DNA from: Marispirochaeta sp.
Lineage (GTDB): Bacteria; Spirochaetota; Spirochaetia; JC444; Marispirochaetaceae
NCBI GenBank assembly: GCA_963676835.2
Contig: CAXXFF010000003.1
Coordinates: forward strand, 736,001-800,000
Direction of reading: 5' to 3'
DNA length: 64,000 nucleotides
A program made the position numbers and the translations under genes. The notes under the pieces were generated by a model. That model was not told where the DNA came from and did not search any database. It was given only the letters and a program-made list of their open reading frames with translations. Of the stretch, positions 1 to 11,088 are shown one piece after another. Position 1 is the stretch's first letter. Each line of letters begins with the position of its first letter.

Positions 1-141
1 CATGTAGCTGCAGGTGCCTATATTAAAGCGGTTCTGGAAACTGCTCCGGAAATTTCCATAAATCTCTGGCACAACCGCTTTACCGCTCCCCGGGGAGGAG
101 GAATCCTTCAGCGTGATGTCATTGCAAGCTACAACCGCAAC

Positions 142-1179
142 ATGCCCGAAGAGGAGCATCTGCCGGAAAGCCTGGGACAGAGAATAAAGAACCTTGCCTT
201 TGTACCGGAAGATCCGGCACTGGATCTTCTTCAAGGGACCCCTTCGGCGATTATGAACATCCATCGCTCCCTTGCCAGTATTATTGACCAGCTGACCGAA
301 ACCCGGGTGGAAATGCTCACCGCCGATGCACCCTTTCATCCGGGTATACGCAGCCTGCTTACCGGATACCTTGCGGGGTACAATGAAGAATCGCCAGCCC
401 TGTTTCTGGAGAACTTCGGCGCCTATGTTTCGGGACTTTTAAGCAGCACCTTTCATGTGGATTCCATGAAAATCCGTCTTTTTACCGAGAAAGAAGAGGA
501 GGTACTGCTGCAGATTCACGAAAGTATAAGCGGCGACCGCAAACTCCAGCATCTTCGCAAAGTGAGCATTCTGCTGGAAAAAAAGGTTGAAGAACTTGAG
601 GATGAAACAAAACTGTTTGCACCGGGAACAAAAATAGTCCAGGACCGGGATATTGACCGGGAACTTGGTCTCCTGCTGCGCAACATTCAGCAGTCCAGCA
701 GCATCGAACCCATGCGCCCCAATGCTGCGGTATTGCTTTTTTACTTTGCCCTCTACAAGCTGCTGCAGTCTCCCACAATAGTCAGCCTGCTGAACGATTT
801 TATTCCCTTCAGATCGGGATCAAGGGGAGAACCGGTGCGGGACCGCCGGGGACAGATAACCCAGCTGGTTAATCGTGAAGAGACCTACAGCAGACGCTAC
901 TTTAAACTGATAAAGACGCTCTTTCCGGTGGTGGCGCGGCAGATTGAAGCAATAAGCAAAACTTTCGGTCTCAAAAACCTGCTCTTCAGGGACTCGGAAG
1001 GGCGAAAAATACGCAGCGACCTTTATGCCAAACTTTTAAGCAACTTTATCCACGATACTCTATATTCCGGTCTGTCGGTGGTAGTCGGCTTTGAATACCG
1101 CAGTGCTGCAATCTCCTTTCAGAAGGGTGCAGATGCACTGTGCGAAATACTGCTGCCTGCGGACGAAAAAAGCGCATAG
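142..1179 (+). CDS. Hypothetical protein (345 aa)
   Basis: Long ORF with no recognisable motif. Confidence 0.7.
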   Translation: MPEEEHLPESLGQRIKNLAFVPEDPALDLLQGTPSAIMNIHRSLASIIDQLTETRVEMLTADAPFHPGIRSLLTGYLAGYNEESPALFLENFGAYVSGLLSSTFHVDSMKIRLFTEKEEEVLLQIHESISGDRKLQHLRKVSILLEKKVEELEDETKLFAPGTKIVQDRDIDRELGLLLRNIQQSSSIEPMRPNAAVLLFYFALYKLLQSPTIVSLLNDFIPFRSGSRGEPVRDRRGQITQLVNREETYSRRYFKLIKTLFPVVARQIEAISKTFGLKNLLFRDSEGRKIRSDLYAKLLSNFIHDTLYSGLSVVVGFEYRSAAISFQKGADALCEILLPADEKSA

Positions 1180-1201
1180 ATAAGGATTGGCTGACAAATA
1201 T

Positions 1202-1978
1202 CTAAACAGCTGAAGTCTCTGCTGATAGATGACCGTATATCCGGCGTTTGGCGGCAAGAAAATTCTCGTCCATTGTCACCGCCCTGGTTCTGGGCCGGGG
1301 CAGATTAATAATTTCTTCCGCTGCTATTCCCGCCGGTTTTTCGCTGAGCACCAGTACTCTGTCGGAAATCAGTATGGCCTCGTCTATATCATGTGTAACC
1401 ATAAGCACCGTTGTTTTCAGTGAAGAGATAAGCGAGGAGAGCCATTCCTGCAGGCGCTCCCGGGTTATGGCATCCAGGGCACCGAAGGGTTCATCCAGCA
1501 GCATAATATCCCTGCGGTAGAGGTAGGTACGCATCAATGCCGCCCGCTGACGCATACCGCCGGAAAGCTGGCTTGGATAGTAATTTTCAAAACCCGCCAG
1601 ACCGAAGGGTTCAAAAAGAGGAGCCGCTGTCTCACGGGCCGCTTTTTTTGCGATACCCCGGAGTTTGAGAGGGGCAGTTACATTATCAATGACCCTTTTC
1701 CAGGGTAGAAGCAGATCCTTCTGATGCATATAACTGACCCTGCCGGTGTTGCCGTTGATAGCCTCCCCTGCTACCGTTACAGACCCGCTGTCCGGACGGG
1801 TAAGTCCTGCAATAAGCTGCATAACCGTGCTTTTTCCGCATCCCGACGGCCCTAACAGGGTAAGAACCTCCCCTCTCCTGAGAGAGAAGGAGAGGTTCTT
1901 CAGAACATCCAGTCCGGAAAAACTTTTCGAAACATGGGAGAGTTCAATTACTGCATCTGTTTTTCCGTCAGGTATCAT
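1202..1978 (-). CDS. thiZ: ABC transporter ATP-binding subunit (SsuB/ThiZ type)
   Basis: Walker A GPSGCGKS, LSGGM signature, LLDEPF; last gene of a TPP-riboswitch operon. Confidence 0.9.
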   Translation of the reverse strand: MIPDGKTDAVIELSHVSKSFSGLDVLKNLSFSLRRGEVLTLLGPSGCGKSTVMQLIAGLTRPDSGSVTVAGEAINGNTGRVSYMHQKDLLLPWKRVIDNVTAPLKLRGIAKKAARETAAPLFEPFGLAGFENYYPSQLSGGMRQRAALMRTYLYRRDIMLLDEPFGALDAITRERLQEWLSSLISSLKTTVLMVTHDIDEAILISDRVLVLSEKPAGIAAEEIINLPRPRTRAVTMDENFLAAKRRIYGHLSAETSAV

Positions 1979-1987
1979 ATGTTCTGC

Positions 1988-2986
1988 TTATTCCGGCAGA
2001 AACCGGTTGGTGAAGGCTTTTTCCGGATCAAACTCACCTTCCAGGAGGCCTCTTTCGCTTAACCAGTCGGCATAACGGGACCAGACATCAAGCTTCATTT
2101 CTCCCCAGCGAGGAGCCTCGGCCTTATACTGGTCGGTAAGATAGTTCTGGCTGGATTTTACCAGTTCGCTGTCCAGCTCCGGGGCAGCTTTAAGCAGAAT
2201 ATCAGCAGCACCCTCGGGATTTTCGATGCAGTACTCATAGCCCCGGGAAACCGCCGCAAGAAATGCTTTGACCAGATCCGGCTGCTCACTGATAACAGTA
2301 TCAGTAGTTATCAGTACAGGAGTGTAGTAATCCAGAGCCTCTTCAGTGGCCAGAGGAATATAATTGAGGTCAATCCCCTTCAGCTCTGCCGCAACACCAT
2401 CCCATCCGCGGAAAATCCAGACAAAATCAATATCCGATTCGGTGGCAGCGAAAAAGTCCATGGAACCGATGGGCACAATATCTACTTCTGCGAAGTCCCC
2501 GCCGGCACCTTCAACGAGGGCTTTAACCATTGCCTCTTCGATGGGGGATCCCCAGCCGCCGTAGGCTTTTCCCTCAAAATCCGCAGGACCTGCAATACCT
2601 TCGGAAGCCCGTGAACCGAACCCGGAGGTGTTATGCTGAATAATGGTAGCCACCGCCACAAGAGGGGTTCCTGAAGCCCTGGCATAGGTTACCCCTTCCT
2701 GATATCCCACGGCAAACTGAGCCTTGCCGGAAAGGACAAGACTTTCTGCTCCGGTCTCCGGTGGGAACTCAATGGATGCATCCAGACCTGCCTCGGCAAA
2801 ATAACCCTTTTCCAGAGCCACATATAATCCGGTATGGTTGGTATTAACCGTCCAGTCAAGAACTACCGTTACAGGAGTCAGTGCCGGAGCTTCCGAGGCA
2901 GATGCAGTTTCAGATTTTTTTGCTGTGCAGCTGCCGAGAATCAGAGCCAGCACCAGCATTGATGGTACAACAATAAAACGCTTCAT
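1988..2986 (-). CDS. thiY: NMT1/THI5-family substrate-binding lipoprotein (thiamine precursor/HMP)
   Basis: LDWTVNTNHTG motif, lipobox LGSC, YYTPVL; TPP riboswitch upstream. Confidence 0.88.
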   Translation of the reverse strand: MKRFIVVPSMLVLALILGSCTAKKSETASASEAPALTPVTVVLDWTVNTNHTGLYVALEKGYFAEAGLDASIEFPPETGAESLVLSGKAQFAVGYQEGVTYARASGTPLVAVATIIQHNTSGFGSRASEGIAGPADFEGKAYGGWGSPIEEAMVKALVEGAGGDFAEVDIVPIGSMDFFAATESDIDFVWIFRGWDGVAAELKGIDLNYIPLATEEALDYYTPVLITTDTVISEQPDLVKAFLAAVSRGYEYCIENPEGAADILLKAAPELDSELVKSSQNYLTDQYKAEAPRWGEMKLDVWSRYADWLSERGLLEGEFDPEKAFTNRFLPE

Positions 2987-3744
2987 AGATCAGTTCCTTT
3001 ATCTGTATATTTCCAGGACAGCAGAATACGTTCTGCAGCCGAAACAAGTGCGACAACCCCGAGGCTTACCACGACAACTACAAGAATTGCGGCAAACACC
3101 CGGGGAGTATTAAATGTTTTATACGAGCGGATCATATAGACCCCCATACCCGCTTTTGCACCCAGCCACTCACCGATGACAGCTCCCATAACACTGTATG
3201 TGGCAGCGATCCTTAAGCCCGAAAAAAGCGCCGCCAAAGCGCCGGGAAGACGTACCTGAAGAAAAATCTGCAGCGGGGTGGCCCGCATACTGCGGTAAAG
3301 GTCTATCAGCTCCGGATCGGTATGCTGAAGCCCGTCGGTAAGACTGACGGCAATAGGGAAAAAGCAGACAAGCACCACCACCACAACCTTGGCTGTCAGG
3401 CCGAAGCCGAACCAGATAAGAAACAGGGGGTAGATAAATATAATCGGCACCGTCTGGGAGACTACAATGTAGGGGTACAGCGCCCTGCGCAGGGGGGGCA
3501 GTAGATCCATAACCAGGGAAAACAAAGCCGCAACAACAATTGAGAGCAGAAAGCCGATAAGAGCCGTAAAAAGGGTTACCCCTATATGGGGCAGCATAAG
3601 GGGAAAATGTTCGACCAGGGCAATGAGAATTGCCGAAGGTGAAGGGAGGATATACTCCTGGATGCTCAACAGGCGGCACAGGACCTCCCAGACTACGGTA
3701 AAAACGAGTCCTGCTGCAATTGATGGAAGACGGCGGGATATCAT
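2983..3744 (-). CDS. thiX: ABC transporter permease (SsuC/ThiX type)
   Basis: Hydrophobic; LPSPSAI and GAVIGEW motifs; overlaps the next gene by 4 nt. Confidence 0.88.
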   Translation of the reverse strand: MISRRLPSIAAGLVFTVVWEVLCRLLSIQEYILPSPSAILIALVEHFPLMLPHIGVTLFTALIGFLLSIVVAALFSLVMDLLPPLRRALYPYIVVSQTVPIIFIYPLFLIWFGFGLTAKVVVVVLVCFFPIAVSLTDGLQHTDPELIDLYRSMRATPLQIFLQVRLPGALAALFSGLRIAATYSVMGAVIGEWLGAKAGMGVYMIRSYKTFNTPRVFAAILVVVVVSLGVVALVSAAERILLSWKYTDKGTDL

Positions 3745-3750
3745 GTCTGA

Positions 3751-4041
3751 TCAGTCCCGGTATTTGCCTATCTTTTCATCCATGGTAATACCGCCGGGTT
3801 TTACATCAGTTTTAATAACCGATCCAACCCGGGCGGCACCTTCAGCGAGACAGATGCGGTGGGCTTCCTTGACAATATCAAAGAGCTGATCCATTTCACC
3901 TTCGATGGTGGTCTCCATGGGACCGACGATATGCGGCAGGCCCGTAGCCTTTATCATGGCTATGACCTTATCGACTGTAGGATAGAGCTTTTCTTCCGGA
4001 ACCCGGGGAAGAATCTGGAGGCTTAAATTCATGGTGGACAT
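3751..4041 (-). CDS. Thiamine-binding protein (MTH1187/DUF77 family)
   Basis: VGPMETTIEGE motif, 96 aa, first gene behind the TPP riboswitch. Confidence 0.88.
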   Translation of the reverse strand: MSTMNLSLQILPRVPEEKLYPTVDKVIAMIKATGLPHIVGPMETTIEGEMDQLFDIVKEAHRICLAEGAARVGSVIKTDVKPGGITMDEKIGKYRD

Positions 4042-4117
4042 AACAACTCCTTCAGCTGGCAGGAAAATACCGCAATGCGGTGGGCAATCTGCCTGGACTG
4101 TGTCAAAGGAGGTGAAA

Positions 4118-4167
4118 CAAAAAAGGCTTCTTAAAGATTACACAAACAGTAATCTTTACAGAAGCCT
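4118..4167 (-). terminator. Intrinsic terminator (expression platform of the TPP riboswitch)
   Basis: Minus strand AGGCTTCT(G)TAAAGATTAC-loop-GTAATCTTTAAGAAGCCT plus T run; ATCTTTA at 4181-4187 could pair as an antiterminator. Confidence 0.8.
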
Positions 4168-4193
4168 GTGAATTTGCGGTTAAAGATGCGAAC

Positions 4194-4287
4194 CGTCGAT
4201 CCCTTCGCCGGTATTACCCGGATCAGGTCAGAAGGTCGGAACCGGTCAGATTCCCTCTCAGCCATACCACATAGCTCCCTTTGACGT
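4194..4287 (-). ncRNA. TPP riboswitch aptamer
   Basis: Minus strand GGGAGC...GCTGAGA...GACC...ACCTGATCCGGGTAATACCGGCGAAGGGA, upstream of thiamine transport genes. Confidence 0.95.
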
Positions 4288-4378
4288 TAGAAAAGATGTC
4301 ACCGGGAGCAAAAAAAGTCAAGCGAATTGTCAGGATACGATGAAGATAGTGTAATAATGGTACACGAGAAGAAGAGGT

Positions 4379-5356
4379 TTAGATTTCTTTTACAGGATTT
4401 CTTCTGCGGTTTACCAGAATAATTCCGGTAAGAATAACCGCCGCCCCTGCAAGCTGCACCGCCGTAAGCCGCTCGCCGAGAAGAACGAAACCGCCTGCAA
4501 CACCGCAGACCGGCGGCAGATTTCCGTAGACCGACGCCCGGATTCCGCCGATACGCTTGACTCCGGCGCTCCATAGGGTGTTCCCCAGAACCAGCGCAAA
4601 GATACCGGAAAAGAGTGAACTGCCGTAGACCGCCGGAGATGCATGAAAATATAGGGAAACCCCATAACGGGGAAACGAAAAGGCCGCGAATAAAATAAGC
4701 GCCATGGTCATGCCGATAAAGACTACCTGGAAAATCGAGTATTCGCGAATTACGGGTCTGATAAAGACAGTATAGATACCATAGAAAAATTCAGAAGCCG
4801 CAAGAAAAACAACCCCGGCAAGATACGTCCCTCCGCTGGAGAGTCCCCCCTTCCCTCCTGCGGAGAGAATTATGACACCCATAAAGGTTGCAGCAATGCC
4901 GGCAAGCTTGAACACGGTAACCTTCTCGGTCCTGAATATAAGGGTAATCAGCGCAACCATAATTGGCAGTGTTCCCAGGATTACCGAGGCAACACTGGCG
5001 GAAGTTGCAGCCACACCGAAGCTGAAAAGAACCTGAAACAGAAAAAAACCCGCAACAGGCAGGGCAAACAGTCTGACAAAGTGGCTGAAAGGTACAGGTT
5101 TCCAGCTTCCCGAAGCAAGAAGAACGGGAAACATGATGATAATTCCCCAGAACAGCCTGAGGGTATTGAAAGGAAGTGGATCAATTTCCGCCAGACCGAT
5201 CTTCATGAGGATCGGATTCAATCCCCAGAAAACCGCGGCGGTTATAAGCATTGCATGGGGAAGAATACCAGACAGGGCCCCGAATTTTCCGCTTTTCATT
5301 ACAGTTGTAGTAACCGTTTTAAGCAGAAAAGTACAGGACACATGTCCTGTCTGCAT
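4379..5356 (-). CDS. DMT/EamA-family transporter (start may be 5299)
   Basis: About 10 hydrophobic segments, FWGLN and LLGERLT motifs. Confidence 0.88.
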   Translation of the reverse strand: MQTGHVSCTFLLKTVTTTVMKSGKFGALSGILPHAMLITAAVFWGLNPILMKIGLAEIDPLPFNTLRLFWGIIIMFPVLLASGSWKPVPFSHFVRLFALPVAGFFLFQVLFSFGVAATSASVASVILGTLPIMVALITLIFRTEKVTVFKLAGIAATFMGVIILSAGGKGGLSSGGTYLAGVVFLAASEFFYGIYTVFIRPVIREYSIFQVVFIGMTMALILFAAFSFPRYGVSLYFHASPAVYGSSLFSGIFALVLGNTLWSAGVKRIGGIRASVYGNLPPVCGVAGGFVLLGERLTAVQLAGAAVILTGIILVNRRRNPVKEI

Positions 5357-5377
5357 AATTCTTTCTGATTAAAAAGG

Positions 5378-6742
5378 TTATCTGACCAAGGTCGGCTTTT
5401 TACTGTCGAACTTCCAGTCCTTGATCAGGTACTGCATGGCCATGGCATCGTCCCGGTCGCCGGCTTTCAGGGTTTTATAGAGCTTGTTCGCCTCTTCCAC
5501 CCGGTCCATGTCAATTTCAAGACCAAGTCCGCCCTTCTCGGGTATCTGGATTTTCCCTTCTTTGATCGCATAGGGCTCTTTAGTCAGGCGCTGACCGTCC
5601 TGCCAGATCCAGTGGGTATCCATGGCGGTAATATCTCCGGGAGCTGCTGCTGCAACCTGCGTAAAAATAGCCAGGGAAATATCAAAGTGGTTGTTTGAGT
5701 GGGATCCCCAGGTAAGGCCCCAGTCGTTACAAACCTGAGCGGCCCGGACGGAACCGCTCATGGTCCAGAAGTGGGGATCCGCCAGGGGAATATCCACGGC
5801 ATTCAGCACAACGGAATGGTAAAACTGCCGCCAGTTGGTAGCGATCATATTGGTTGCAACCGGCAGATTAACCGCCCGCTTGAACTCGGACATAATCTCA
5901 CGGCCGCTGAAACCCTGTTCCGGTCCACAGGGGTCTTCTGCATAGGTAAGCACATCATCCACCTCACGGCAGAGTTTGATCGCCTCTTTAAGGGACCAGG
6001 CACCGTTGGGGTCGATATTTATACGGGCATCGGGAAACTCTTTTCCCAGAGCCTTGATTACTTCAATCTCTTTTTCTCCCTCAAGAACACCGCCTTTGAG
6101 CTTGAAATCCTTGAAGCCGTAGTGATCCTTGGCTGCATGAGCCTGGGCTACAATTGCTTCCGGAGTAAGGGCCTCTCTCCGCCTTTCGCGGAACCAGGGA
6201 ACCGAACTCGATTCTTCATCGATATAGGGCAGATCTGTTTTTGATTTGTCGCCAATGAAGAAGAGATAACCAAGCATGAGTACTTCGCTTCTCTGCATCC
6301 CGTCCCCAAGCAGGGCTGCAGCAGGAAGATGCAGAAACTGGCCGACAAGGTCCAGCAGGGCGGATTCAACGGCAATCTCTGCATGTACAACAAAGCGCAG
6401 CTGACTGAGATCGAGCTCCTGCAGACCTGCACCACCGTCTGATTTCCTTCCGGGATCAATTCCGTTCAGGGAATTGAGTATTCCCTTGTAGTCACCGATT
6501 GGCTTACCTACAACATGGGGAATATAGCTTTCCAGAGCCTGAAGGATGTGTTCCCCCCCATGAACTTCTCCCAGACCGGTATTGCCGGTGCTGTCGGTAA
6601 GAATTACAATATTTCGGGTAAAAAGCGGTCCGTGGGCGCCGCTGAGAGAGAAGAGCATGCTGTCATAACCCGCAACGGGGATAACTTTCATATCTGTTAC
6701 AACAGGAGATCCGTGAAGGTCTTTTTCTGTGTTTGCAGCCAT
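5378..6742 (-). CDS. gudD: Glucarate dehydratase family enolase
   Basis: [58 protein letters not shown]. Confidence 0.92.
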   Translation of the reverse strand: MAANTEKDLHGSPVVTDMKVIPVAGYDSMLFSLSGAHGPLFTRNIVILTDSTGNTGLGEVHGGEHILQALESYIPHVVGKPIGDYKGILNSLNGIDPGRKSDGGAGLQELDLSQLRFVVHAEIAVESALLDLVGQFLHLPAAALLGDGMQRSEVLMLGYLFFIGDKSKTDLPYIDEESSSVPWFRERRREALTPEAIVAQAHAAKDHYGFKDFKLKGGVLEGEKEIEVIKALGKEFPDARINIDPNGAWSLKEAIKLCREVDDVLTYAEDPCGPEQGFSGREIMSEFKRAVNLPVATNMIATNWRQFYHSVVLNAVDIPLADPHFWTMSGSVRAAQVCNDWGLTWGSHSNNHFDISLAIFTQVAAAAPGDITAMDTHWIWQDGQRLTKEPYAIKEGKIQIPEKGGLGLEIDMDRVEEANKLYKTLKAGDRDDAMAMQYLIKDWKFDSKKPTLVR

Positions 6743-6925
6743 TTATCTGTTCCTTTAGTGGTTTTTTGGGTACACAATGACTCTATCGTACCATTGGTAT
6801 ACAGAAGATATACAAATAGTTCCCTTTGTTCTTTAACAATTTTTACAGTCATTGTATTTTCTAGTCCGTATATCAGGTATAGTAGACTTAAGGGCTAAAT
6901 GCAACGCCCGGGCAGATGAAGTAGT

Positions 6926-8830
6926 ATGATAAAGATTACAGCAGTCGTTCCTGACACACAACTCGGCCTGCTCATCCAGGACATTCTGGAGGAGCACGAT
7001 GAATACCCCTATCACAAGGATCCTTCCGGCGAAGTCTGTGAACTGGAAGTGCTCATTGAACACGAAATTGAGGCAATCCGCGGCCTGGAAATAGACAGTG
7101 ATGTAATAATCGCCAGGGGATACACCGCCCAGCTGCTTCTTGAGAGCAACAGAAACACTCCGGTGGTAAAACTTCCGGTAACAGTAAACGACATTATCCG
7201 CAGCCTGCTTGAAGCCAAAAAGCTCTACCCCCACAGAAAGCCCCTGATAATGGGCACCCGGAATATCATATTCCAGTTTGAAAGCCTTTCCGAGATATTC
7301 GGCAGAGATCTGACTCCTGTGCTCCTGACGGAACAGACTGAACAGGAAATTCAGACAATGTTCAAGCTCATGGTTAAGCCCGACAGCCATGTTGTTATCG
7401 GCGGAAGAATGGTCTGTGAATATGCTGATTGCCTGGGAATTCCCCAGCTTGGGCTTCAGTCAGGCCAGATGGCGGTATGGCAGACTATTTCCGAAGCAAA
7501 ACGGGTGGCCCTTATAAGCAGGCAGGAACAGGAACGGACCCTCCGGTTCCGCTCAATTTTAGACAGTTCCACCGAGGGAATCCTGGTGGTCGACCGTAAC
7601 AGCCTGATAACGGTAATAAACAGAACAGCAGAAGAGATACTCAGCCTTTCCGCTGCGGAGGTAATAGGCAGGAATGTGTACAGCGTTTTTGAAAATTCCC
7701 GGATTACCGATTATCTCGCAAAACCCGGAACCTTCCGGGACGAGATTGTAGAATGGAAAGAGCGCACCCTGGCTTTAAGCAGAACACGGGTTATGCATAA
7801 ATCCCAGCAGGCCGGAAGTGTCCTCACCATACAGCCCGCCTCCCGAATCGAAGAGGCCGAGGGCAGGATCCGCCGTCAGGTGCACCATCGCGGTCATAAA
7901 GCCAGACACACCTTCAGAGATATTCTCGGAGTAAGTGATGTTATCCGGGAAACGATTGAGACTGCCCGCAACTTTGCCCGGGTGGACTCCAACATATCAA
8001 TCTTCGGCGGCACCGGTACCGGAAAAGAGCTCTTTGCCCAGAGTATTCACAACGCAAGCTCCCGCAGCAAGGGCCCTTTTGTGGCAATAAACTGTGCCGC
8101 CCTGTCGGAGAGTCTCCTGGAAAGCGAACTCTTCGGCTACGTGGAAGGGGCATTTACCGGAGCACGAAAAGGCGGCAAACCCGGCCTTTTCGAGCTCGCC
8201 CACCGGGGCACTGTTTTTCTCGATGAGATAGCTGAAATGTCCCTGAGGCTGCAGAGCAGGCTGCTGCGGGTACTACAGGAAAAAGAGATAATGCGCCTTG
8301 GGGATGACAGGATAATACCGGTGGATATCCGCATAATTTCCGCTGCCAACAGGGATATTGAAACACTTGTGGCGGAGGCTAAATTCAGGGAAGATCTCTT
8401 CTACCGTCTGGATGTGCTGAAACTGCAGATTCCCCCTCTCAATTCCCGCAGAGAGGACATTCCCTACCTTGCCCGCTATTTTATGCGCCTTCTGGCAGAG
8501 AGAAATCACACCGAACGGGAGCTGGATAAATCCGCCCTGGCAGTGCTTAAAACCCGGAACTGGAAAGGCAATGTCCGGGAACTGATCAATGCCTGTGAAC
8601 GCCTGTATGTGCTTACTGCGGGAAGCAGGATAACGGAAAAAGATCTGAAAAGGATTCTCCCGGAACAGAAGAATGAAGCAGAAGGAAGCTGCAGCGAAGA
8701 AGAGATAAGCAACAGCGAACTGAAGGCAATGCTGGAAGAAGAAGGGTACCGCAGAGACCGTCTTGCCGAACGTCTCGGCGTTCACCGCAGTACCCTCTGG
8801 AGAAGAATGAAAAAAAGCGGCCTTCTCTAA
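6926..8830 (+). CDS. Sigma54-dependent activator, PrpR-like (PrpR_N, PAS, AAA+, HTH)
   Basis: IIARGYTA N-terminal motif, GTGTGKELFA, ESELFGYVEGAFTGA, FLDEI, STLWRRMK. Confidence 0.92.
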   Translation: MIKITAVVPDTQLGLLIQDILEEHDEYPYHKDPSGEVCELEVLIEHEIEAIRGLEIDSDVIIARGYTAQLLLESNRNTPVVKLPVTVNDIIRSLLEAKKLYPHRKPLIMGTRNIIFQFESLSEIFGRDLTPVLLTEQTEQEIQTMFKLMVKPDSHVVIGGRMVCEYADCLGIPQLGLQSGQMAVWQTISEAKRVALISRQEQERTLRFRSILDSSTEGILVVDRNSLITVINRTAEEILSLSAAEVIGRNVYSVFENSRITDYLAKPGTFRDEIVEWKERTLALSRTRVMHKSQQAGSVLTIQPASRIEEAEGRIRRQVHHRGHKARHTFRDILGVSDVIRETIETARNFARVDSNISIFGGTGTGKELFAQSIHNASSRSKGPFVAINCAALSESLLESELFGYVEGAFTGARKGGKPGLFELAHRGTVFLDEIAEMSLRLQSRLLRVLQEKEIMRLGDDRIIPVDIRIISAANRDIETLVAEAKFREDLFYRLDVLKLQIPPLNSRREDIPYLARYFMRLLAERNHTERELDKSALAVLKTRNWKGNVRELINACERLYVLTAGSRITEKDLKRILPEQKNEAEGSCSEEEISNSELKAMLEEEGYRRDRLAERLGVHRSTLWRRMKKSGLL

Positions 8831-8860
8831 CTTCTCTCTATAGTCCCTTTTTGGGCCCCT

Positions 8861-9814
8861 CTAGGGCAGGGGAACCAGGTACTGCGGAGTTTTTCCGCTT
8901 AGGACATCCACTATACCTTCCGCCGCCCCCATGGCTACCCGCACTGCCGATTCCTTCGTAGATCCTGCACTGTGGGGAGAAAGTATTACATTCTCCATTT
9001 TCATCAGGGGATTATCCATTTCCGGAGGCTCTGTACTGAATACATCCAGAGCGGCGCCGGCTATTCTTTTTTCCTGCAAGGCTGAAATAAGTGCTGATTC
9101 ATCAACCACAGGGCCTCGGCCGCAGTTGATAAAAAAGGCTGATTCTTTCATAAGGGCGAATTCTTTCTTCCCTACGCTGCCCCGGGTTTCGTCGGTATCC
9201 GGAACATGGAGACTGATAAAATCAGCTTCGATGAAAATACGGCTTCTGTCCTCGGTGAGTTCAACCCATTCGGGAACTGCACTCTTATCAGCATAGGGAT
9301 CAAAGGCAATAACTTTCATATCCAGCCCCAGGGAGGCCTTCCGTGCAACCAGGCTTGCAATCTTACCGATACCGATGAGTCCGAGGGTTTTTCCTGCAAC
9401 ATCCACCCCTACTCCGAAGTTTCTAAAACCCCAGTTTCCGGTTCTGGTGGAGATATCTCCTTTATAGAAATAATGGGCGCTTGCAATAATAAAACCGATG
9501 GTATGTTCCGCCACAGTAAGTACATTCCCAAGGGGACTGTAGGTAAACACAATGCCGAGATCACGGGCCGCAACCCTGTCCACATTGTCATACCCGACAC
9601 CATAGCGTGAAATTACCTTGAGGTTTTTTGCCGCCTCCATAACTTCCCGGGTTATCTTTGCGGTACGCACCAAAAGAGCATCGCAGTCGGCTATTTCCTT
9701 CTTTAAAATCTCCGGAGTAATACCGGTTCCCATCTTAAGCTCATACCCTTTTTCAGTTAAAAAATCTTTTCCCGAAATATCAATATCCTGGGGAATGTAT
9801 ACCTTGTACGTCAT
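8861..9814 (-). CDS. D-isomer-specific 2-hydroxyacid dehydrogenase
   Basis: RYGVGYDNVD, GIGKIA, NCGRG, LDVF..EP, SPHSAG; start placed at MTYKV behind AGAAGGAA. Confidence 0.92.
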   Translation of the reverse strand: MTYKVYIPQDIDISGKDFLTEKGYELKMGTGITPEILKKEIADCDALLVRTAKITREVMEAAKNLKVISRYGVGYDNVDRVAARDLGIVFTYSPLGNVLTVAEHTIGFIIASAHYFYKGDISTRTGNWGFRNFGVGVDVAGKTLGLIGIGKIASLVARKASLGLDMKVIAFDPYADKSAVPEWVELTEDRSRIFIEADFISLHVPDTDETRGSVGKKEFALMKESAFFINCGRGPVVDESALISALQEKRIAGAALDVFSTEPPEMDNPLMKMENVILSPHSAGSTKESAVRVAMGAAEGIVDVLSGKTPQYLVPLP

Positions 9815-9840
9815 ATTATGTTCCTTCTGTCTTACTGTGT

Positions 9841-11016
9841 TTATCCTAAATATTCTCTGGCAATGGATTCCCACTGCCGAATCTTCTCAAGCTGCGGTTC
9901 CAGCTCTCCCTGAGGCATGAGCGCATCCGCTCGTACCGAAAAGTTTTTATGGGGGCACTTTTGTAAAATATCTTCCAGCCGTTCCCGCATGGCTGCCTCA
10001 TCTGCCATGACAATGTCGTTTACCGGGTGCAGGCATATTTCAAGGGCCGTGACATCACCGAAAATACGATCTGCCTCTTCATAGGATGTCCAGGGACCGA
10101 CATGAACCACTCCAAGATTGGGAAGTTTGCTGATAGCCGGCAGAAAAGCGGTAATATTGCCACAGCTGTGCCAGTAACGGATGCCGCCGTACGTTTCTGC
10201 AAGTTCCTTCTCATAGGGAAAAACAAGTTCATCATAAATACTCGGTCCAATGGAAGGACAGTCGATCTCATCATTGAAGAGCTTGATCTTTTCCGGCTGT
10301 TCCCCGGTAAATTTCAGCCGAGCTTCCATCCAGGATTTTTCCCCATCCACAATAAACCGCATGAGGCGGTGTACCCATTCCGGTTCCGCCAGAACATCAA
10401 CAAAAAGGTCGGAGATTCCTCTCATATGCACAGCCATGCAGAAAGGCCCCCGGGCAAGCTCGGGAAACATAACCTTCATTCTGCCATCGGCTACTTCGTT
10501 CATTACCTCATAGAACTCATGAATCTTCGGCATTACACCACTTGTATGGAAATCAGGCAGAGCAAGTTTATCCAGATCATCATAGCTGGTAATGATCGGT
10601 TCCTTTATCCACCCTTCCTTATGTTTCTGCCAGACAACTTCGCTGCCGAAGAGACTCAGCTCGGTAATAACACCAAACCAGATATAGAGTTCGTCGGTGA
10701 ATACATAATTGTCATTGTACAGCCGGTGATGATTCAGACCACGCTGCAGCTGAAACTCCATATGAGTAAGGGGATCATCATAGTATTCGATGAGGTTGGT
10801 ATCATTACTCAGCTTCCGCCAGAGTGATATATCGAGCTCTATAACAAACGGCAGCCGTCCATCATGTTTTGACGGAGCATACCCGCGGGGTTTGTCCCGG
10901 TTCCACCGACCATAATCCTTCCAGAGCATGGCGTTCTGTTTGTTTCTTTCGCTGTGAACAATTTCCAGGTACTGGTCTATCAGCCCGCGAATTCTCTCTA
11001 CTCTTTTTCGGTCCAT
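9841..11016 (-). CDS. URO-D/MtaA-family TIM-barrel protein (putative corrinoid methyltransferase)
   Basis: GPFCMA..MRG, IGP.IYDELVFPYEKEL, WHSCG (HxC metal motif). Confidence 0.78.
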   Translation of the reverse strand: MDRKRVERIRGLIDQYLEIVHSERNKQNAMLWKDYGRWNRDKPRGYAPSKHDGRLPFVIELDISLWRKLSNDTNLIEYYDDPLTHMEFQLQRGLNHHRLYNDNYVFTDELYIWFGVITELSLFGSEVVWQKHKEGWIKEPIITSYDDLDKLALPDFHTSGVMPKIHEFYEVMNEVADGRMKVMFPELARGPFCMAVHMRGISDLFVDVLAEPEWVHRLMRFIVDGEKSWMEARLKFTGEQPEKIKLFNDEIDCPSIGPSIYDELVFPYEKELAETYGGIRYWHSCGNITAFLPAISKLPNLGVVHVGPWTSYEEADRIFGDVTALEICLHPVNDIVMADEAAMRERLEDILQKCPHKNFSVRADALMPQGELEPQLEKIRQWESIAREYLG

Positions 11017-11088
11017 AAATTTCCTTCTTTCATTGCTTATCCTGCCTTAACAGCAGGTTTCACAGGTGTTTAAAGTTGCTGTCGGATG

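Noticed and set aside
1..72. Possible 5' end of a minus-strand gene (..RFNIGTCSYM)
   Set aside because: Only 24 codons visible; cannot assign
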